Shown here: piece after piece, positions 56,798 to 64,000 of the stretch
Layout: each line of letters starts with the position of its first letter
How positions within the stretch are numbered: position 1 is the stretch's first letter
Origin: Octopus vulgaris
Lineage: Eukaryota
NCBI GenBank assembly: GCA_951406725.2
Contig: OX597814.1
Coordinates: 88,474,001-88,538,000 of the forward strand
Length of the DNA: 64,000 bases
Direction: 5' to 3'
The notes under the pieces: generated by a model
Seen by the model: only the letters and a program-made list of their open reading frames with translations
The model's database searches: none
Told to the model about the DNA's origin: nothing
Position numbers and translations under genes: made by a program

Positions 56798-57010
56798 AGG
56801 CGGTGAGTTGGCAGAATCGTGACTGCACCAACCAAAATACTTAACGGAAGTTTCTTCGGCTCTTTACGTTATGAGGTCAAATGCCGCCAAGATAGTCTTT
56901 GCTTTTCATCCTTTCGGGGTCGATAAAGTAAGTTCCGGTTTGGCACTGGGGTTGATGTAATCGATTAGCCCCCTCGGCCAAAATCTCGAGCCTTGTACCC
57001 ACAGTAGAAA
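56798..57010 (+). mobile_element. SINE family A, diverged
   Basis: 'ggcggtgagttggcagaatcg..ttttcatcctttcggggtcgataaa'. Confidence 0.82.
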
Positions 57011-57227
57011 CAAGAAGAAAGAATTACGACATAATTTAAATATGAATCGCTCTTAAATATAACTTGCAATATAATCTACATCTGAGCTACTCTTAATTAT
57101 AGCTAACAATACAATTTAACTATTTGTTGTTTTCTGATCAACGAAGGAGGAATTAAAGCCTTTCATAATTGAGCTTCGTTGCAAGGTGCAAATTTTAGCA
57201 AATCTTCAAATTATTAATAAGTCTACT

Positions 57228-57515
57228 GGCACTCGATTACAACGATGAGTGTTCCAGTTGATCCAATCAACGGAACAGCCTGTTCGTGAAATTAACTTGC
57301 AAGTGGCTGAGCACTCCACAGACACGCGCAGTCTTAACGTAGTTCTCATAGAGATTAGCGTGACACATGTGCAACTCATTTTTGCTAACTGATTGGACTG
57401 GAGCAACGTAAAATGAAATGTCTTGCTCAAGAACACAACGTGCTGCCGGGTATCGAACTCACAACCTTACGATCGTGAGCCGAATACCCCTAACCTCTAA
57501 GCCAGGCACCTTCAC
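57228..57515 (-). mobile_element. SINE family C
   Basis: Reverse complement of 14875-15172. Confidence 0.85.
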
Positions 57516-58004
57516 TAATAAAGCTACCAGTGACTCAAAAGGAATACTCTGTACAGTCAAGCTATTCCAACAGAATACAACAAATAAACACGACACACAA
57601 TATCATAATATATATAGAAGTTAGCAACCGTTCCTAACATCACTATAGTGAGCGACTATAATTAAGCGGTCAATACTGGTTGATATAGCATGACGTCACT
57701 TCCATGATTCAGCAGTCAACTGAAAAACGTAGTATTAATGTCTAGTGTACGGAAATTTCCACTCGGAGATCTTTTTAAAATACCTCACTAATAAATACCT
57801 CATTTGTATATCTGTTATTTTGACGTTTTATTCTTTTGAAGTGAGATGTGAGTCATCTGTTTTCCTCAAAATGAAATTTCGTGAAGAGAAATGGTATTTA
57901 TAAATCATTTGTTAATCGTGTTTTCTCCAACTTCATGTAGATGGTATGTAACTAATTACGTATCGATTAAAACGTCATACTGAATTGGGCAGATAGATTT
58001 TGCA

Positions 58005-58051
<47 letters not shown>

Positions 58052-58086
58052 CATACATACATACATAATACATACATAATACATAC

Positions 58087-58121
<35 letters not shown>

Positions 58122-58140
58122 GATATAGATACATACATAA

Positions 58141-58176
<36 letters not shown>

Positions 58177-58582
58177 TTTATATATATATATATATACATA
58201 TATATATAATATACTCTTTTCTGCCTCTCTCCTCTCTCACTCTCTCTTTACTCTATTTCTCTCCATTCTCTCTCCAACTGAGACAGCCATGCATTTCCTG
58301 TATAGCAAGGCATCTATTTCTGTCTTTCTATTCATAATCTAACTTCTTGTCACCTGAATCAACGCCACCTTCCTTTATACTACTCCCACCCCACTTGAGG
58401 GCAATTGTTTTGTAAGTTACTTGGTACCCTTCCTGCTGCTGGTACCAAGTAAAAGTCACCCGGTACATTCTGTAAAGTGGTTGGTGTTAGAAAGGGTATC
58501 CAACAGTAGAAACCGTACCAAAGTAGACAGTGGAGGTTGACGATAAATGATGATGACGATGGTTATATTGCTGCTGATGATG

Positions 58583-58649
<67 letters not shown>

Positions 58650-58672
58650 GTATGTATATACATATGTATACA

Positions 58673-58703
<31 letters not shown>

Positions 58704-59539
58704 GTATGCATGTGTATGTATGTGTATATGTGTGTGTGCATGTCTGTGTATATGTGTGTGTGAGAGAGAGAGAGTGAGAGAGTGAGAGAGAGAGAGAGAG
58801 TTTGTGTGTGTCAGTAGTAAGAAACTCTAAGGAGAGCTGAATAGCAGAAAGTCTTTAAAAAAGAAGCCTGCACATGCAAGTGTTTCAGCCCTTAACCTCT
58901 TAAACTCGGAGTGAGGGGGAAACTTGCTTTTGATAAAAGTGAATAGAATAGAATGCCTGTTCTCATACCCCTCTTCTTGATTGCGACCGGGTGATTCTTC
59001 CATGCTGGAAGATGTGTTGTGCATTCCCACTCGTCCACTCCATCCAACAGTGTTCCAGATCCAGTCAGTACCTCTTTTTCAGGCTACAATTATTTCCTAC
59101 CTGATGTGTAGAACACTAGTAGCGTTTCTGATGTCATTTTCTTCCCTTTCGCGGCACAGATCCCATGCAAAATCTCTTTAAGCACTTGATTGTGTCGCCG
59201 CGCGTACCTCCCCTGGCTTAGTGCCACTCTGTATGAACCACCGTTTGTTTGCTTTGGCAGAGTGGGTATGTAGGATCCTCTGATTTTTCTTACTTCATCA
59301 TGTTTGTATTTGAGAGCAGCAGGTCACATATGGACCCGAGGATGAAGGTGACTCTCAGAGAAGCCATATGCCATATGAAAATCTAGCTATGACTTCTCAG
59401 GAGTGCTCTTCCTCAAGTTGTACATTGTCCTTATTGGCATTGTTGGACTACCTTCTGGATTCTTTTGGCATTCTCTTCTCCCTTCACTCCCTGAATTACC
59501 AGGTCCTCTTAAACACAAACACAAGCACAAATACTCATA

Positions 59540-60945
59540 CATGATGATGGCCGTCCACTCGTGACCGAGGAAGACCATTGCTGACCTTCAGGAACATTGT
59601 GCACTCTAAGACTAACTTATATTTTGCATTTGCGGCTCCGTTGGTGGATAATGAACCCTGCTCTTGACAAGCATACACGACTGCAACATTGCAGACCAAG
59701 CTTTCCCCATTCACTACACCAGAGTGCGCCTTCGAGCAGCACGCTTAAGTTCTTCATGCAGAATACGTGCTCTCTCAAAAGTGTCGAACCCTCCTTAACC
59801 TGTTTCCTACATCTGTGGTGATAATAGGCATTGTCTCCCAGTCTTGCTGTGAAAATCATATCCATTGTCCCTCTACTAGATCAGAAGCCACATTGAGATT
59901 CAAATAGCAACAAGTGCAGTGCGTCTTTCAGGCCTACAATCATTCTTGTTATCCAACGAAGTGCGCACATTTCAACATGAAGTGTTCAAGTTCTATCCAT
60001 ATTTTGTAAATAAAATTCTCTTTGTTGTTCGAGCGTAGGGTGGACATCCGTCCGTCGCTCTAAACTGACAAGATATAGAAAGACTGGCGATTTTTTGGTT
60101 CACCTTTTCTTGAACCTCTCCAGCCTCTGGGTGAGCAGTGCTCTCTCCAAATGGCGCTGCTTAGATACCCATGCAGCAACCGAATCCTTCCGCTGTCTTG
60201 GGCGACTTTATATCTAGCATGGGTCACCTACGTGCAGGTCGCTGACTACATGCGTCCAACCCATCAGGTCCGCATGCTTCACCACCTTCCCATCGCCGCA
60301 GGACTATAAAAATAAAATAAGCACATACTAAAAATATATAAATATATACTAAAAATAAAGAAACATATATACTAAAAACAAAATAAATGTATATAGGGGG
60401 AAAAGTGCATATCGAGCAGAAGTCAGCAATGCCTGTGCAGAGTTTTATGTCCAATAAGGCTTGCACGACACCTCATAGACCCTCTCCAGTTTAATGACAT
60501 CATCCAGAGACAAGCCGGAGCATGATGTCTGGTTCCAATATGAGTCGCAGGCTCAGGGATGTGGGAGCGCCATGATCACTAGCACAAACCAAAGATCTCC
60601 AAAATGTCCAATGCCATTCCCTGCATATTTGGTTTTATATCAGAGTGACCTTTTCCTAGAGACATGCTTCAACAGAAACTCAGAGGTGCTTCCCTCCCAT
60701 TGGTTTTTCAGCACACTGGACTCCATCCCGCAATTTCTGCGTACCTGTCCTATTGCTAGATAACCGTTCAGCCGACATTTCAACAGGTCTTGTTTTTAAT
60801 CCTGCTGGGTTTCTAGCAACTCTCCTCACCAGGCTAGCTTGGTGGGGGTGCCAGTTTAGTCGCCGGCAACCCGACCATGCAACAGGTTGTACTGGATTCC
60901 ATGTTATCAGAAGCACTTATGAGAGCCTCACAAGCGACTTGACAT
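59540..60945 (-). mobile_element. Fragments of an internally deleted RTE-BovB-like LINE (5' region, RT piece, C-terminal zinc knuckle and tail)
   Basis: 'SQCGF*SSRGTMDMIFTARL', 'CSRVCLSRAGFIIHQR' and the tail 'gtggacggccatcatcat'. Assignment of 60480-60945 as the 5' region is by resemblance only. Confidence 0.6.
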
Positions 60946-61302
60946 ACTCATACATACATACATACATACATACATACATACATACATACATACATACTTA
61001 CGTACATACATATGTATGTATGCATGCATGTACGTTTGTATGTATGTATGTATCCATATATATATATATATGTGTTTGTGTGTGTGTGTGTGTATACAGG
61101 ATGGTTCAAAAATAGATTTACAGTTATCACGTAGGCACTTTAAATTTCTTTTAAAACATTTTATTACATTTAAATTTCTATCTTACAAACAACTAAATTA
61201 GCATAGAATAATGGTTTCATATATTTTTATACTTAAGATCTAAATAGTTAATATATGAATGCAAAAGAGATAGTTGAATAACTCTAAACTTACTTTTGTC
61301 TG

Positions 61303-61351
<49 letters not shown>

Positions 61352-61353
<2 letters not shown>

Positions 61354-61817
61354 AGGTTTGATCAATAACTATCCGGATTGTTGCTATGGTAACGAAGCTA
61401 AAACACGCAGAGTGAAGTCACTTGGCACAGATCTGAACTCTGCTGTGCATGTGCACTAAACTTAACGATGTAGCTCACTTCGGCAGTGTTTGGAAGGAAG
61501 GTGTGTAGCATGTGATCGACGCATTGACCATGACAGAGAAAGTTGTTATGGCGAGACCTGCTCAGAGGTCTACACAAAGTTGCAGAAAGTGTATGGAGAG
61601 GAGTGAATGAGCCGCACACAAATGTACGAGTGGTTCAAACGTTTCCAGGATGGCCGAAAAAATGTCGATATTGACGAACGTTCTGAGAGCTAGAACGTTA
61701 AAACTTAGTGCGCATGCACAGCAAAGTTCAAGGTCAATCTGTTCCAAGCGGCTTCACTCTCCGTGCTTTAGCTTCGTTACAATAGCAACAGTCCAGATGC
61801 TTATTGATCAGAGCACG
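61352..61817 (+). mobile_element. Internally deleted mariner element with TIRs of about 115 bp
   Basis: 61352-61468 is the reverse complement of 61696-61817. Internal 'KLQKVYGEE*MSRTQMYEWFKRFQDGRKNVDIDERS' is a mariner HTH. TA flanks the right end. Confidence 0.88.
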
Positions 61818-62961
61818 TATATGTATATATGCTTGTAAATATGCTTATATATGTGAATATATATAAACACATAAGACAGGCAGGCAGACACACACACACA
61901 TGTGACATTGAAGTATCCATTAAGGAACAAAAAGTAAACTGGCCTTGAATAAGATGGCAATTAGTGTTTTTTTTATTAGTTATAACAAGAAATGAACAAA
62001 CGCCATTCGTGTCGAAACTGTTCATCAAGAACGCTATCTAGTTAGTCTATCACGTCTTCTTACTCAACTCCATTGTTTTTCCCCTTCTCAATTTCTCTCT
62101 ATGTATGTATGTATGTATGTATGTATGTATGTATGTTAAATATACATGAATATATGTGTGTGTATGTATACACACACATGCATACACATATTTATATATA
62201 AAAAAGGAGTAAAAGTTGAAATGTGTCGAAAATTGCTTACACACACACACACACACAAATATATATATATATATCACAAGTTTGACTTTTTAACAGTAGA
62301 GGAGAATAATATAATTGTATGCATTTATATGTATAAACTATAAAAATATAACGATACGTTTTCACAGAATAAATGTTTTCGTATCGTTGATCAACTGAAA
62401 TTATATTTGTATACGTATTCTTAAGCTGAGTTTGGCATAAATAATTTATTTAAAAATTAATATAAAGAAAAGTGAGAAGGATGGAATGGAACAAGGCAAA
62501 ATGAAGAATCACTGGTTGCTTCGAGTGTTTTGTATAGAAAAAGATTTTAATAATTTTAAAGTTTTGCTGGGTCCGGTTTCCCTGAGTTTAATTTGAAAGT
62601 TTTATGCATTTTTCCATATTTTTTCTTATTTAAAACCGGCCAGTAGAAGGTACCGTCAATTTGCATAGTCGCCCGGGACGTCACATGTTAGGGGAAGTCA
62701 CATTATGTGTTGGGATCTTTTAAATAAAAAGGGACAATGGGAAAATAATAAACTAATGTGCGCAAATGTTGATCCGTGGCTGTAGCAGAAGATACTTGCC
62801 CAACGTCCTGCGCTGTGAAACTGAACAACCTGAATAAATGAGAGTGAGAGAGAGGGGAGAGGAGGAGAGGGGGAGGAAGAGAGAGGGAAAGAGATGGAGG
62901 GGGAGAGAGAAACAGACAGATTGATAGACAGAGAGAAACAGAGATAGGGATAGATAGATGG

Positions 62962-62997
<36 letters not shown>

Positions 62998-63671
62998 AGA
63001 GAGAAGAGGAGAGAGAGAACATATGTCGAGAATAAAAAAATGTTGTTAAATCGTCGTTCAACTCCATTCTTTCATTTATTTATATATATATATATATAGT
63101 TCAAATTTACAGAAAACAAAAGACGAAGACAGGTGAAGGAATAACAAGCAGGTGTATTGGTTTAGCGTTCAGGAAGAATAGAAAAATCTTTGATGTTTCG
63201 AGCCTATGCTCTTCGACAATACACGCGCGCGTGCGCGCGCGCACACACACACATTGAACGCGACGCATCCATTTCCAAATAAGTTTATCTTCACCTTTTT
63301 TATCGACTATACTCTATACTTTTCCCTCCATTCTTCTTTAATTCCCCTTTTCTCCCTCTCCCTCTTTCACCGTTTTCTATCTGTCTTACTCTCTCTCTCC
63401 TTCTTTCTCTCTCTCTCGCTCTCTCATTGCTCACACGTGACCGTCCTCCATCCTTCTTTTCTTCACGTGACCATCTTTTTTTCCTGCACAGATGTTCAAA
63501 TGACTGGGCGTTTTTTCTCTCTCTCCTATCTTTTCTCTTTTCAAAGAAAATGTTTCTCCCAGCGTTCACTATTTTCCTCTTGAGGATATATTTATTTAAG
63601 ATATATAATTTTCATGTGGGCCACGGGCGAATGTTAAAAATAATATAACGTGGGGTCATTACAAATGGATT

Positions 63672-63830
63672 TGAGGCGCGTGGCTTAGTGGTTAGCACTT
63701 CATTTCACGTTATTCCAATTCACTCAGCACACAAAAATGAGTATTCCTGCTATGAACTAGCGTCCAGTCCAGATGGAGATTATATACGCAGCAGAAACTG
63801 GCTCTATAAGTCTTATATGACTCGGGAGGG
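63672..63830 (+). mobile_element. SINE family C, deleted remnant
   Basis: 'gaggcgcgtggcttagtggttag..cacttcatttcacgtt..aaaaatgagta'. Confidence 0.7.
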
Positions 63831-64000
63831 AGCTTTTTTTATGCATTACAAAAGGCAACTGAACTCTGGGTTTGTTATGATATGATATGATATTGATATA
63901 GCTGATATTTCTAGCATTTAATGCGACAACGGCGAGTTAACTGTTGGTGACGGCGAAGTGCGCCAGCAGTTGTTGTGGTAATTGATGGAAGTGGCGGTGG

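Noticed and set aside
60760-60945. Possible HDV-like ribozyme in the RTE 5' region
   Set aside because: Some RTE elements have one, but I could not build the nested double pseudoknot by eye. An RNAMotif or Infernal search is needed.

Overview
Repeat-saturated, AT-rich eukaryotic intergenic or intronic DNA. The SINE families and dense (TA)n/(CA)n/(TATG)n microsatellites point to an octopus (coleoid cephalopod) genome; this is inferred from repeat content, not from a database search. I found no host protein-coding exon that I can support, and almost all of the ORF track is microsatellite artefact. The window holds decayed or nested mobile elements: several tRNA-derived SINE families; LINE fragments (R4/Dong-like, CR1-group, RTE, RTE-BovB-like, CRE-like); a Penelope RT/GIY-YIG fragment; DNA transposons (piggyBac inside a hAT, Tigger, pogo-like with a PHD finger, mariner and hAT MITEs); three non-autonomous Helitrons; and a probable solo LTR. 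The most interesting signal is a family of non-coding, terminally redundant or circularly permuted units of about 500-550 bp, each carrying one type I hammerhead ribozyme motif (7.9 kb, 28.7 kb, 29.2 kb). They look like retrozymes or Penelope pseudo-LTRs, and one ribozyme has an intact catalytic core. There is also an orphan, textbook-spaced CCAAT/GC/TATA promoter at 42.5 kb. All coordinates were read by eye, and those of decayed elements are approximate.
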